Counted from the stretch's first letter, positions 1-13,114 are shown. The stretch is 64,000 bases of DNA from Eledone cirrhosa (GCA_964016885.1 OZ024740.1:397978001-398042000), one strand, 5' to 3'. Numbers and translations: made by a program. Notes: generated by a model not told the origin, from the letters alone.

Positions 1-35
1 ATAAGATCAAAAGATGGTTAAAGGAGTTCCATGTA

Positions 36-102
36 TTTTATTATGCGCATTTCAAAAACAAACATCATCATGCAATAATATTTGTGTTTTCATCAGATAA
101 AA
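36..102 (-). ncRNA. Hammerhead ribozyme motif (type I), left-arm copy
   Basis: Reverse complement of 230-296. Confidence 0.75.
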
Positions 103-229
103 CAGGAGAACATGATATGAAGGCTAAAAAACACTTGTGGATAGTGCAGTTTTAAATCAACATATGATATGTTGATTTAAAACTGCACTATCCACAAGTG
201 TTTTTTAGCCTTCATATCATGTTCTCCTG

Positions 230-296
230 TTTTATCTGATGAAAACACAAATATTATTGCATGATGATGTTTGTTTTTGAAATGCGCATAATAAAA
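230..296 (+). ncRNA. Hammerhead ribozyme motif (type I, minimal palindromic stem III)
   Basis: TTTTAT-CTGATGA-stem II (ACAAATATTAT/ATGATGTTTGT)-GAAA-TGCGCA-TA-ATAAAA. Confidence 0.8.
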
Positions 297-419
297 TACA
301 TGGAACTCCTTTAACCATCTTTTGATATTATATTATGTATACTCCAGTCCTACAAACTGTAGAGTGCTTCTTATCCGATATCTGCATTGCTTTATTGTAC
401 TACAATAAAACTCACCTCC

Positions 420-520
<101 letters not shown>

Positions 521-1017
521 TATTTATGTTTATACACAGAACAAAAGTGCTACTCAAAGTTTCAAGGCTCAATATTGACCACACCTCCAGAAATGTAAGA
601 GACACTTACAGAAATGTAAGAAAATTGTGACCTATTTTCAGGCACTTATACGAGTTTATAACATACCGTTAAAAGTAATGCGTACTAAAAACGTATTATA
701 ACAAAGGGAAATAACTCCAAGATGTAAATTTGAAATGCAAGATCTTTCACGTGCTAGTGTTCGTAAGCTATAGCAGAAGTATTGTATTATGTGGTGGAAT
801 GTAATATAAAGATGGTAATATTCATTAAAATAAGGAGTAAGGTAGTATAGAAAGTATTATGTAAGCGTGGAAAGATATAACGGAAGCAGATAAATCAAAT
901 TAAGGTGGTTGAAAATCAGTCAAATTTATTGTGTGTGTGTGTGTGTGCGTGCGTGTGTGTGTGTGTGTATACACACACACACATATATATATATAAAGGC
1001 AGTTTAGCTTTTAGCCT

Positions 1018-1163
1018 TAATTATTGTTTCTACTTTTAGCACAAGGCCAGCAATAATTCCAGTGTATTACTATTACTTTATTTTATCGACCCCGTAAGGA
1101 TGAAAGGCAAAGTTAACCTCGGCGGGATTTGAACTCAGAATGGCAAGGGCCGTAACTCTATGC
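1018..1163 (-). mobile_element. tRNA-derived SINE, dominant family, 5'-truncated
   Basis: Reverse complement of GAGTTCAAATCCCGCCGAGGTTAACTTTGCCTTTCATCCTTACGGGGTCGATAAAA, shared with many copies in the window. Confidence 0.85.
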
Positions 1164-1248
1164 GTCAAAGCATTAATAATGAGAATAATAATGATAATAT
1201 ATATATATATCGAATTCTGTCGATCGATTCGTTATTGATTATGCGAAA

Positions 1249-1358
1249 CCCGCTGATGAAGACACATGCACCGATTCTGCATTATTGCATAATAAATGTA
1301 GACAGTAGATGCCGTGCACTCTGTTGCAGCATTATGTGTGGCCGAAACTTAAGTACGG
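1249..1358 (+). ncRNA. Hammerhead-like motif with long stem II insertion
   Basis: CCG-CTGATGA-(ACACAT...ATGTGT, ~84 nt)-GAAA-CTTAAG-TA-CGG. Stem III is palindromic. The base of stem II is imperfect. Confidence 0.55.
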
Positions 1359-1485
1359 ATATAGATTGAAGGTACCCATTTAGCGAATAACTATGTATCT
1401 ACTCTGAGATTTTACATAACATTACCTATTGAGTACGCTGAGATGCAACTGGTACTAGTAGTGAAGCTTATGATAGTCCCATCAA

Positions 1486-1620
1486 CTTAGTGTAGTAGAG
1501 TGGGGAATAGGAACAAGTATGACCCCGATGGCAGAGCTCAAGCTGTTTCGACGGCTATTTCTTGACTCAAGAAATAGCCGTCGAAACGGCTTGAGCTCTG
1601 CCGTCGGGGTCATACTTGTT

Positions 1621-1625
<5 letters not shown>
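1486..1625. mobile_element. Fold-back element family B (palindrome 1507-1625, HHR 3' half in each arm)
   Basis: 59-bp arms around C1566. The arm reads GAAA-CGGC-TTGAGCTCT-GCCG-TC-GGGGTC. Homologous to 39512-39656, 47859-47920 and 59811-60021. Confidence 0.75.
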
Positions 1626-1670
<45 letters not shown>

Positions 1671-1761
1671 TATATATATACATATATATATACATATATA
1701 TATTCATATATATATATACATACATACACACACACACACACATATACATACACACACACAG

Positions 1762-1848
<87 letters not shown>

Positions 1849-1898
1849 AGAGAGAGAAAGGATGAGATAATATATGGGGGTCTCTCACCCACCATCTC

Positions 1899-1946
<48 letters not shown>

Positions 1947-2295
1947 CCTTCTCTCTCTCTCCCTGAAAAATATTCATATGTGTGCTTGTGTGTGTGCTTG
2001 TGTGTGTGCTTGTGTGAGTGTGTGTGTGCGTGTCCTTTATCAACACTGCTTCCAGTCATCTTTACAGTTTAGCCTTTTGTTGTAAAGGTCTTGTGTCTGT
2101 CTTGTCTTGTTTCGTTCCGTTTGACATGATCGTAATAAAAGCCTGGACACGTTCCCGTCTTTTGTTGTGGCACACTTGTCTTAGAACTTGTACGAGGCTC
2201 GGGTCGGCACAGGCAGATGGTGTTTGTAGGCCGGCAATATTTAGCAGCGTTTATGCCTGCCTACGCACACACACACACACGCGTACTCACGCGCG

Positions 2296-2367
<72 letters not shown>

Positions 2368-2470
2368 ATTCACAGAGAAAGAAGAATACACTCTCCTCTT
2401 TCTCTCTCTCTTTTCTCTACCCCTTTTTTTCTCTCTCTATATGTACACACGTGTGTAAGTACATATTAAC

Positions 2471-2512
<42 letters not shown>

Positions 2513-2572
2513 GTGTGATTAGAGGTAGAGATAACAAGGGAGTGTTAAAGCAGGAGAAACAGAAGGTATATA

Positions 2573-2667
<95 letters not shown>

Positions 2668-2777
2668 GTGTGTGTGTGTATATATATATGCACACATATA
2701 TATACATACATATATATATTATACATACACACACACGCATATATATATATATGCGTGTGTGTGTAGGAATAAAGAGA

Positions 2778-2823
<46 letters not shown>

Positions 2824-3984
2824 ACAGATAAGTAAGAGAGGGGGCATAATTGTGTAGGGATGATAAGATTTTGTCTGATTAAAAGTAGGATAGCTGATAG
2901 ATAGATAGATAGATAGGTAGGTATGTATGTATGTATGTAGGTAGGTAGGTAGGTAGGTAGGTAGGGAGGTAGGTAGGTAGGTAGGTAGGTAGGTAGGTAG
3001 GTAGGTATGTATGTGGGTAGGTAGGTAGATAGGTAGGTAGGTAAGTAGGTAGGTAGCTAGATATGCATATTAGATAAGCGGACAGAGAGGTATATATATA
3101 CAGGAGTAAATGTGTATGTATTTACATATCAACAATAACCTGAATGGAATATATGAAAGAAAAAAGTAAGGTGAGAAGGTGAATGGCTAACAGAGAAAGT
3201 AAGGTAGATAGTAAATAAAAGAACAAGTGAAAACGTAAGATCCTGTGAATGAAACCCATTAAACACTGGCCAACAAATAATTTCCATGGGAAATTATTTG
3301 GGCTGGATCAAGTAAGGTGTTTTATGTTGAATTCAAACTGCCTACGGCTTTTCTCTCTACCGCATATGGTTTTTGAGAATAGACATTTGTATGTGTGTGT
3401 ATGTATGTGTGTCTGTGAGTCTATGTATGTGTGTGTATGTCTTTCTGTGTGTGTGTGTGTGTGTCTATGTGTGTGTGCGTTTGTGTGCGTGTGCATGTAT
3501 GTATGTACCTGCTGTTTCTTTATCGGTTCATGTTTTGGGGTGACAACCATTTTAATTTAAAAAAAAGACAAAAATAAACAACAGCATACAAGCAACTTCA
3601 TGTGTTTGTAGTATGTGGATCAAAGTGGAATTTATTTTCGTTTAGAAGAAGTGTTGCTTTGAAGGTGGCTTAAGGAATCAATGAACAACCGCAACTCGTT
3701 AACCTTATTCTCGCGAACAAGAATTGACATCTTTCCCACACGCAAGTTTCTCTTTTTGTGAGAATGATTCTTTGAATTTAACATGGTGGCTGTGAAAAAC
3801 AGAAATTTTAGTGTCACGTTGAAGAAAATTCCAACCTTTTAATCTTGAACCTAAAACTTCAACTTGCTTTTCAGTTTAATTCAGATCACGAACAACGTTG
3901 TTCTGATCTCAGAATACCGTTCAGTAGAACAGGTAGCTGGAATATTGGATGAGAAATGGATTAACCATTCCTCCAGAGATATTC

Positions 3985-5020
3985 TCCAGCTTCAATCAAT
4001 TATGACGATGTTGTTGAAAGGTTCTATGAGGTCATGGAGAAAATCATCTGGATGGCTCCTAAAAAAAATAAACGTCCTCATCATCTTAGGAGACTGGAAT
4101 GTCAGAGTAGTCCCGACCAATGGGCTGGGACAGTGGGGGCGATTTAGGATTGGAGAAACAAACGATCATGGACTTCGCCTCTTAGAATGTGTTAGCACCC
4201 ACAAGCTGATCCTAGCCAATACACTCTTCTCACACAAGACCTCGCGTAGAATAACATGGGATGCACCCAATGACAGGACTCAGAACCAAATTGACTTCAC
4301 CCTCACACCTCAAACGTTCAAGTCCAGTATTAATAAGGCCAGGACTAGGACCTTTCCTGGTGCAGACGTCAACAGTAATCATGATTTGGTTCTGATAACA
4401 CTAAATCTTAAACTGAAAAGGATCCATAAAAAGTTAGTCACATGTATCAGGTTTGATGTAGACAAACTAAGGGATTCTAGGTTTGCAGCAATGTTTGAAA
4501 CAAAATTAGGTGGCAGGCTTGCAGCCTTCAACCTTCTAGAAGATATTAACTCCTTAACCAACAACAACACCAACAACAAAAAAGGAAACTTAAGACTCTG
4601 CCAGAACTGCAGAATTCAGCCTAATTAGCCACCCCAGCAAAGTACTGCTAAGAGTTCTTCTAAACAGACTTAAAGGAAAGACAGAAGGAATCCTGGCAAA
4701 AGAACAGTCAGGATTCTGGCCCACAAGAAGTACAACAGAGCAGATATTTAACATCAGACTTCTCCCTGAAAAACACCTGCAGCACCAACCTGACATCTCT
4801 CATAACTTTATTGACTTTGACCGTGTTTGGCATGAGGATTTATGGAAGGTGATGAGGGATTACAACTTTGACATCAACCTCATTCAAGTAATTAAAGCAG
4901 TTTATGACAACTCAAACAGTGCAGTTCTCCTGAATAACAACACCGGAGTATTCTTCAGGACAACAGTGGGAGTTCGACAGGGGCGTCTCCTTTCTTCAAT
5001 GCTTTTCAACGTCTTCCAGG
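3985..5020 (+). pseudogene. RTE-clade LINE fragment (AP endonuclease plus start of RT), internally deleted
   Basis: IILGDWN, LANTLFSHK..RITW, NQIDF and GADVNSNHDLV endonuclease motifs, then ISHPSKVLL, EQSGF and GVRQG RT motifs in shifted frames. Confidence 0.9.
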
Positions 5021-5242
5021 AAAATAGTAGATATGTTTTAAGCTAAATAGGGTTTATTGCTCTCAAAATAGAAACTGTGAGAATGGTTACAGCTGTTAGT
5101 GACTTAATAGTTATCAATGGAAATCAATTCAATCATCTTTGTCTGTATGTCTGAATGTATGTATGTATGTATGTATGTATGTATGTATGTATGTATGTAT
5201 GTATGTATGTATGTATGTATGTATGTATGTATGTATCTCATC

Positions 5243-5627
5243 CCGTATGTATATCGGGATGAAATACAAGACCCAGCAAAGGACCGAGAAACTCAGCAGA
5301 GTCAACGGCTATCCAAATTGCACTTTTTATTTTGTTTTTTCACCTGGAAATGAAAGGCCCTCAGTTGTTGTCACAAAACCTTTCTAGGAGAGGGAAACTC
5401 TGAAAAAAAATCTGCGGCCTCGGAAGCATCCGATGATGCTGAACAGTTCTCCCTTTCGGGTAGTGTTTTCGATGCTCAGAGAGTGGTCGAGTGCAAGGTC
5501 TTTCCCCACTTAAAAAAACCTTCAAAGCACAGGCATTGCTTGTTCAAGATCTGTTACAGGTTCGTGTAGCTGACCGTAGCTTAAAGGTGCTCCATTTTCT
5601 GTAATCTTAGCAGCGTTTGCAGCCATC
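5243..5627 (+). mobile_element. Short RTE-derived non-autonomous element with (ATGT)n tail, related subfamily
   Basis: Head resembles 16100-16170. The 3' end TTTGCAGCCATC-ATGTATG matches the RTE end at 13262-13283 (minus). Confidence 0.6.
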
Positions 5628-5729
5628 ATGTATGTATGTATGTATGTATGTATGTATGTATGTATGTATGTATGTATGTATGTATGTATGTATGTATGTA
5701 TGTATGTATGTATGTATGTATGTATGTAT

Positions 5730-6323
5730 GTTGGTGCTACTGGTAACATGTATCCCAGTACAACCTGTCTCATGGTCGGGTCGTTGGCGACTAAACTGGC
5801 AACCCACCAAGGTTTCTTGGTGAGGAGGGTGACTTTGGACATCCCGCAGGACTAAAAACAAAACCTGTCAAAAGGCAAAGGAGCTCTTAAGAGTCAATGG
5901 CCATCCAAAATCACCGGGAGGGATGACCCCTTAGCCTTTGTCAAGGCAGAATTCTAGGAGAAGGAAAACTCTGATATAACACCTGCAACCCTGATGGTAT
6001 CCAATGATGTTGACTTGTTCTTCTTTTTGGTAAATATCATCTTGGTTAAGAGAGTGAAACTGGCTTTGTGCAATGCCTTTGCTCACTATAAAAGCTTCAC
6101 GGCACAGGCATTGCTTTATATCTGGAGATCTCTCTGCACTTGTCGTCACATGGTACCATGGGCCAGCACTATGTGTCAATAATTGTCACAAGTGTAGTGT
6201 TTGTACCAGAGTTTTCAAGTCGCTGGCTGGACTAAAAAGTCACACTCGTTCAGCGCATCGGTAGGAGTTCTCCTACATGGATATAAAGTAGTGGCCGTAC
6301 TCGAAAACGAGTTGGCAGCCACC
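5730..6323 (+). mobile_element. ~600-bp bipartite RTE-derived non-autonomous retroelement, copy 1
   Basis: Near-identical to 6402-6998, 11107-11663 and 27711-28314. The 3' part encodes a C2H2 finger remnant ([22 protein letters not shown]) like the RTE end at 13316-13528. Has an (ATGT)n tail. Confidence 0.8.
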
Positions 6324-6401
6324 ATGTATGTATGTATGTATGTATGTATGTATGTATGTATGTATGTATGTATGTATGTATGTATGTATGTATGTTTGTA
6401 T

Positions 6402-6998
6402 GTCAGGTCACCAGTTGGTGCTACTGGTAACATGCATCCCAGTACAACCTGTCTCATGGTCGGGCGACTAAACTGGCAACCCCACCAAGGTTTTTTGGTG
6501 AGGAGGGTGACTTTGGACATCCTGCAGGACTAAAAACAAAACCTTTCAAAGGGCAAATGACCTCTTAAGAGTCAATGGCCATCCAAAATCACCGGGAGAG
6601 ATGACCCCTTAGCCTTTATCAAGGCAGAATTCTAGAAGGAAAACTCTGATATAACACCTGCAACCCTGATGGTATCCAATGATGTTGACTTGTTCTTCTT
6701 TTTGGTAAATATCATCTTGGTTAAGAGAGTGGGACTGGCTTTGTGCAGTGCCTTTGCTCACTATAAAAGCTTCACGGCACAGGCATTGCTTTATATCTGG
6801 AGATCTCTCTGCCCTTGTCGTCACATGGTACCATGGGCCCAGCACTATGTGTCAATAATTGTCACAAGTGTAGTGTTTGTACCAGAGTTTTCAAGTCGCT
6901 GGCTGGACTAAAAAGTCACACTCGTTCAGCGCATCAGTAGGGGTTCTCCTACATGGATATAAAGTAGTGGCCGTACTCGAAAACGAGTTGGCAGCCAC
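6402..6998 (+). mobile_element. ~600-bp bipartite RTE-derived element, copy 2
   Basis: Directly similar to copy 1 and sits in the (ATGT)n tail of copy 1. Confidence 0.8.
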
Positions 6999-7242
6999 AA
7001 TGTATGTATGTATGTTTTTCTGGTTTTATAATTTCACAAAGTTTTACCAATAGAGAGAGATTTGGTTTCTAACATAGACACAAGACTCTCTCATTGGAAT
7101 TTACACAACATCAACTAGGTAGGTATGTATGTATGCATGCATGTGTATATATGGATGTTATTGTATGTGTGGATGTGGATGTTTTGAGTTGTATGTGTGC
7201 ATGTGTATATGCTTTGCATCTGTATATGTGTATATGCAGTTA

Positions 7243-10200
7243 TTAAATGCAACATTTTTGGAATGTCTTACATATTTTTACTGTTCCATTAATGGTGGAT
7301 TGTACTTGTAATTTCCAAACTAGTTGTGTTCTTTCTGTTCCTGTGAAGCCTAGCTTCTCAAGATTTGTATTGAGGCAGTTACAAACATATCCCAGTGCCC
7401 CAATAATCACAGGCATAAATCTGAAGGTGTAATCAGGGTGGAGTATCTGCAGATTTCTCATCAGTTCTGCATAAATGTTCTCCTTCTCACTAATCTTTGA
7501 TATTATATTGGCATCTGCTGGGCAGCTAATTTCCACTACTGTGCATGCTTTCTTCTCCCTGTCCCATATCATAATATCTGGTCTGTTATGCCTGCATTTT
7601 ATTGGGGTTTTTACTGGAACATTCAACCAGTACTCTTTCATATTATGTACATGGATGTCTTCCACATTGCTGGAGCTTTTAATGTGTTTATTATCGGGGC
7701 TACCTTTTTTTACGAACTGCATTGTACAGTGTTTTGGCCACTACATCATGCCTCATAGGTAGATAGTACCGCGATGACATCTTTGGACAGCTGCTGATGA
7801 CATGGGTGATATCCTCGATGTTAGTTCTGCAGAGTCTGCACTTGTTATCACATCTAGGTGTTTTGCCTGCATCCCTATCTCTTTTGTGAATCAGGTATTT
7901 CGTGCTAATCTCCTGTTCCTGGATTGCAAAAGCGTATCCTTCAAAGTGGGAGCCAATATAGCGGTTGTTGGTCCAAGATAGACTACTTTCCTTATCTATA
8001 TTACTCTCACTCTGGAGCTTCCTGGTAACATATCCATGCATGATTTTTTTTGCTGATAGGCATTCAGTTTTTCATCCATGGATTCACTGCGATACTGCTG
8101 AGCGACATCCCTGGGTGTGAGTTTTTGATTATCACACGGAATATCTCTCAAGGAGTTCCTTCCCAACTCTCGTGATCTTATCTGTTTCACGGGCTGTTTC
8201 ACGGGCTCCAACGCTTCGAGGTTCGTAGATGTTGTCGGAGAGATATGGTGCGACATTCAAATGTTGTCTGGACTGATGTTAGGCCTCTGCCTCCCTGCTT
8301 ACGTTTCAAGTAAAGGCGGTCTATGTCACTGTTGATGTGGAAGTTTCCGGTGTTGTTCAGTATTTTTCGAGTTCCAACATCAACTGCTCGGATTTCGTCT
8401 ATCGTCCAATTGAGTATTCCAAACGTTGGTGTTAGGACAGGCACAGCAAACACATTGTGAGCCACAGTTTTGTTTTGCGCAGAGAGTTCCAATGACCAGA
8501 TCTTTCTTAATCGGGTTTAGTATTCCCTGGTTACGCGTTTTTTATTACAGATACCATTATAGGATATGTTCTCATCTATCCCCAGGTATCTGTAGCAGTC
8601 CTAATCAGATATCGGTGAAACAGTTAGGCCATTGATGACAATGTTGCTAGATTGGGTTGTTGTTTTCCCCGCTTTACAGTCATGTATGAGCATTTATCTT
8701 GGCCAAACTCCATTCCTATATCCTTTGAGAACGTTGTAACCAGGTCAAGATTTTTCTTCATCCCATCCATGTTCTTGGCATAGAGTTTCAGATCGTCCAC
8801 AAAGAAATTATGGGTTAGGTTCGTATTTCTGTCCTCCTTTGAGCCAATGATGTATCCCTCACATTTCTTGAGCAGAAAGGACAAGGGGTTAAATGACAAG
8901 ATGAATAATATCACAGAGAGACTGTCCTCCTGAAATATACCCCTGCAATATTTTATTTTATCAGTGGAAATAGAGTCCTCCCTCTCTGTCTTTAACCTTA
9001 GGATAGTAGCCCAAGAAGAAGACAGCCTCTCTATGCCTCTGACAGTAATGTTTGGGACTTTAGCAAGTTGGAGGGCCTCTATCATCCAAGAGTGGGGAAC
9101 AGAATCAAAAGCTTTCCTGTAGTCCAGCCAGACTGTAGACATATTCCTCCTAAGTTGTCGCACCTCCGACATCGCAGTTTTGTTGATTAGGATTTGTTCA
9201 GCACATCCCCAAACCCCTTTCCTTCCAGCTGCTTGTTCATCTGTGATGTTATTATTTCAGTGATCTTAGAGGAATAGGTTCAGGCAGGCTGTATACATCT
9301 TATACATCAGGTTCTGGCATGCAATGGGTCGGTAGTTTTTTGCCAAGTGGGTGTCTTTGTTCTTGGGGACCAGTAATGTTTGTGCTAATGTCAACCATTC
9401 TGGTATAAGTGTATCTCCCTTAAGAACTTGTTGGTAGAGGTCAGTAAGATACCTCCGATAGAATATCAGTTTTTTGTACCAGTAGCCGACAATCATGTCT
9501 CTTCCTGGTGTTTTCTTATCTTGGAGTTTTCCTATCACAGTCTCAAGGGTACCCTCACTTATTTCGTATGTTTTTGTTGTAGTGTAGGAGCAATAGTTCT
9601 TTCTGATTTCTCTTAGCCACACTGCATCTTGGTTGAAATTCTTCTTTTCACCCCATATTTTGCTCCAAAAGGAATCTATGTCTTTCTGGGATGGGGCCTC
9701 AGTGACACTTATTTTGCCCTTCATATCTCTATAGATTGATGTTTGGTTTCGTCTGAATCTTTTATTAAGCAATTTTCTCTCATCTACCTTCTTCAGGTAT
9801 CGGCGTTTTTCGCTAACAGCTCTCAATTCTTGTTTGAAGGTGATCAACTTATATTGGAGAGTTCTGGTTCTACTGTTACCAAACATCGTCTCTATTTTAT
9901 TTTTCAATCTTTGTTGGTGAGGAGTGAGGTGTTTGTGTTTGTTTTTATGTAAGGAGCATTGTCACATATCCTATGTTTTTTCGTAGGTCAGCAATCTTTT
10001 TTTCTATTTTAGTTATATATGATGGTATTTTTGGTGGTGTTTTGTTCTTGTTAATATCTCTGCTATCACCAGCTTCACTGTCATTACTAAGGCATATAAA
10101 CAGGCGTTGATTTGCCAAAATGTTGGGGTTTTTATCCGTCGTAAATATTTAACCCCTATTTCGTCAATAACACGTAATATTTCATTATTTGGTTTTTTAT

Positions 10201-11095
10201 TCAACATTGTCGTTTTAACACGTTCAACCAGAGAGATATTTATACATGAGTTAATTTCTCTCTGGAAGATTTCATTGAGGGAAATTTTCAATTGTTTATA
10301 CTTTTGATTATCATTATCGATAGTATTTTCCACAATAGTCGAGGTAGTCTCGGATGGTACACGTGGTGTCAAATTTCTTCGATTATTATTGTTATCGAGA
10401 GTGTTTTCCCCAGCATTCGAGGTAGACTTAGATGGTACAGGTGGTGTCAAGTTTCTTACAGGCATAGTTGTTTCAAGACGCTGTTCGACCTGGCTGCTAG
10501 GAAGTCTAGTAGCATGACGACCTGTAGCACGTGTTGTTGATAACATGTTTGTTGTGGGGGACTTACAATTAATAATATTTATCTTATTTTTACGTTCAAC
10601 AAACGTCGCTTGTTGGCGTAATTGTTTCGCTGTGAAATAATGTAGCTCTGGGTGCATTTCGTCCCAGTGTAGCTTCATTCTGTTCATATAGCCAATGGAG
10701 GGATTTTTTTTTTTGCCATTTTATAACAATTAAATAAATCATTATTAAGTTCGCAACTCCAAGAGAAATGCGATTTATAATTTCGGTTTCTTCTGTAGCT
10801 ACAACTGAATAAAGTTTGATTACCTTCTTTGTTATTTGTCTTCGATACTTCCTTAATTTTCTTGTTGATGTTGTGTTCAGCCATGCTATTTGTAGCAAAT
10901 CCTTGTAAAATGAATTATGTATTTAGTTGGATATCTCTACGAATTCGAATAAAAGGTATCTTCAGAAGGGATAGTTAGAAGAATAACCAGTTATTCAATC
11001 TGATTGTAGTTATGGCATTACTGTCGGAGATAGTATTCATCTTAAATTTAATAAATAGTCTCCCACGCCAAAATATGCGACTGATCGCGTTTACT
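7243..11095 (-). pseudogene. R4/Dong-type non-LTR retrotransposon (RT, CCHC finger, restriction-like endonuclease), frameshifted
   Basis: Consecutive ORF pieces: NYRPIAC, WLDYRKAFDSVPHSW, GIFQEDSLS, FVDDLKLY, RLYLKRKQGGRGL, CRLC..E...H..S.C..RHD, NRPDI...VEISCP..K..Y. The 5' boundary is approximate. Confidence 0.9.
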
Positions 11096-11106
11096 GTATG
11101 TATGTA

Positions 11107-11663
11107 TGTCTCATGGTCGGGTCGTTGGCGACTAAACTGGCAACCCCACTAAGGTTTCTTGGTAAGGAGGGTGACTTTGGTCATCCTGCAGGACTAAAAA
11201 CAAAACCTGTCAAAGGGCAAAGGAGCTCTTAAGAGTCAATGGCCATCCAAAATCACCGGGAGAGATGACCACTTAGCCTTTATCAAGGTAGAATTCTAGA
11301 AGGATAACTGTGATATAACACCTGCGACCCTGATGGTATCCAATGATGTTGACTTGTTCTTCTATTTGGTAAATATCATCTTGGTTAAGAGAGTGGGACT
11401 GGCTTTGTGCAGCGCCTTTGCTCACTATAAAAGCTTCACGGCACAGGCATCGCTTTATGTCTGGAGATCTCTCTGCACTTGTCATCACATGATACCATGG
11501 GCCCAGCACTATGTGTCAATAATTGTCACAAGTGTAGTGTTTGTACCAGAGTTTTCAAGTCGCTGGCTGGACTAAAAAGTCACACTCGTTCAGCTCATCG
11601 GTAGGGGTTCTCCTACATGGATATAAAGTAGTGGCCGTACTCGAAAACAAGTTGGCAGCCACC
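11107..11663 (+). mobile_element. ~600-bp bipartite RTE-derived element, copy 3 (5'-truncated)
   Basis: Similar to 5730-6323, with (ATGT)n on both sides. Confidence 0.8.
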
Positions 11664-11727
11664 ATGTATGTATGTATGTATGTACACACACACACATGCG
11701 TGCACGTTTGGAAACACACACACTCAT

Positions 11728-11870
<143 letters not shown>

Positions 11871-11926
11871 CATTATACATATATATATATATATATGAAA
11901 AACCACAGACCCTCCATCTCAACTCA

Positions 11927-11964
11927 CCTTTTGAAAAGCAGAAGAACTGCGAAACCGGTAAAGG
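11927..11964 (+). ncRNA. Degenerate hammerhead motif between (TA)n tracts
   Basis: CCTT-TTGAAAA-GCAG/CTGC-GAAA-CCGG-TA-AAGG. The core differs from CTGAAGA at two positions, but all three stems are intact. Confidence 0.55.
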
Positions 11965-12036
11965 AACCAAATAAATATATATATTTAAAAAAAAAATAAG
12001 ACTTCAGTTGCATTTTCGATTTCATCTCTTTTTCTT

Positions 12037-12214
<178 letters not shown>

Positions 12215-12425
12215 CACTGAAACGCAAACAAATCTACACCTAACCAGTGCTATCCACGGACAGAAACACTCACCAGATACGTACCGCATAAGATGTAAAG
12301 TACAATTCAATCACGCTATTCAAAGCCATACCTAAACAAATTTAGAGCAAGAAAAACAATCTACACCTATTACTAGTACGAGGGCGACGAACGCCGTCAG
12401 GATGCAACCATTGTATTCCGTGGTT

Positions 12426-12501
<76 letters not shown>

Positions 12502-12505
12502 CATG

Positions 12506-12538
<33 letters not shown>

Positions 12539-12547
12539 GTATATATG

Positions 12548-12595
12548 GTTTAGTTCGCATCTAGCTGTCGAAACGGCCGGGGTCCTGATTATTTT

Positions 12596-12600
<5 letters not shown>
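12548..12600 (+). mobile_element. Family B fragment with deleted stem III
   Basis: TAGCTGTCGAAACGGCCGGGGTCC...TTCCTAT between (TA)n tracts. Confidence 0.5.
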
Positions 12601-12670
<70 letters not shown>

Positions 12671-13114
12671 CAGATTAAAGTTTAAGTAAAGAATCGCTGC
12701 TTATTTGCTCTACGGTTCTTATATATTTGATATATATTTATCCTTATCGAGCCCTCTTTGGATTTTAGTCTTCAAATTTATTATTATTACTATATTATAT
12801 ATATATATATATCATTGTCACAGTCTTCAATATTCTCCCTCCTCTCATCCCTTATCTCTCAGCTAATCTTTCCTTTTCCTTTATGTATACACGCTTTCTT
12901 TTCACAATCCCCTTTACACACAAATACATCTGTTTCTTGTTTGTGGGATTGATAATGGCGTTGTATATAACACTGCACGAACAAGAGATGGTGGCATGTG
13001 CGTTTCACACACACAAACACACACACAAGCCGCACACACGTACAAATTTATCAAGGATTGACTACCGTATAAACGCACAACTGTTTCAATCCTAAATAAA
13101 TTAATTGGTGTATA

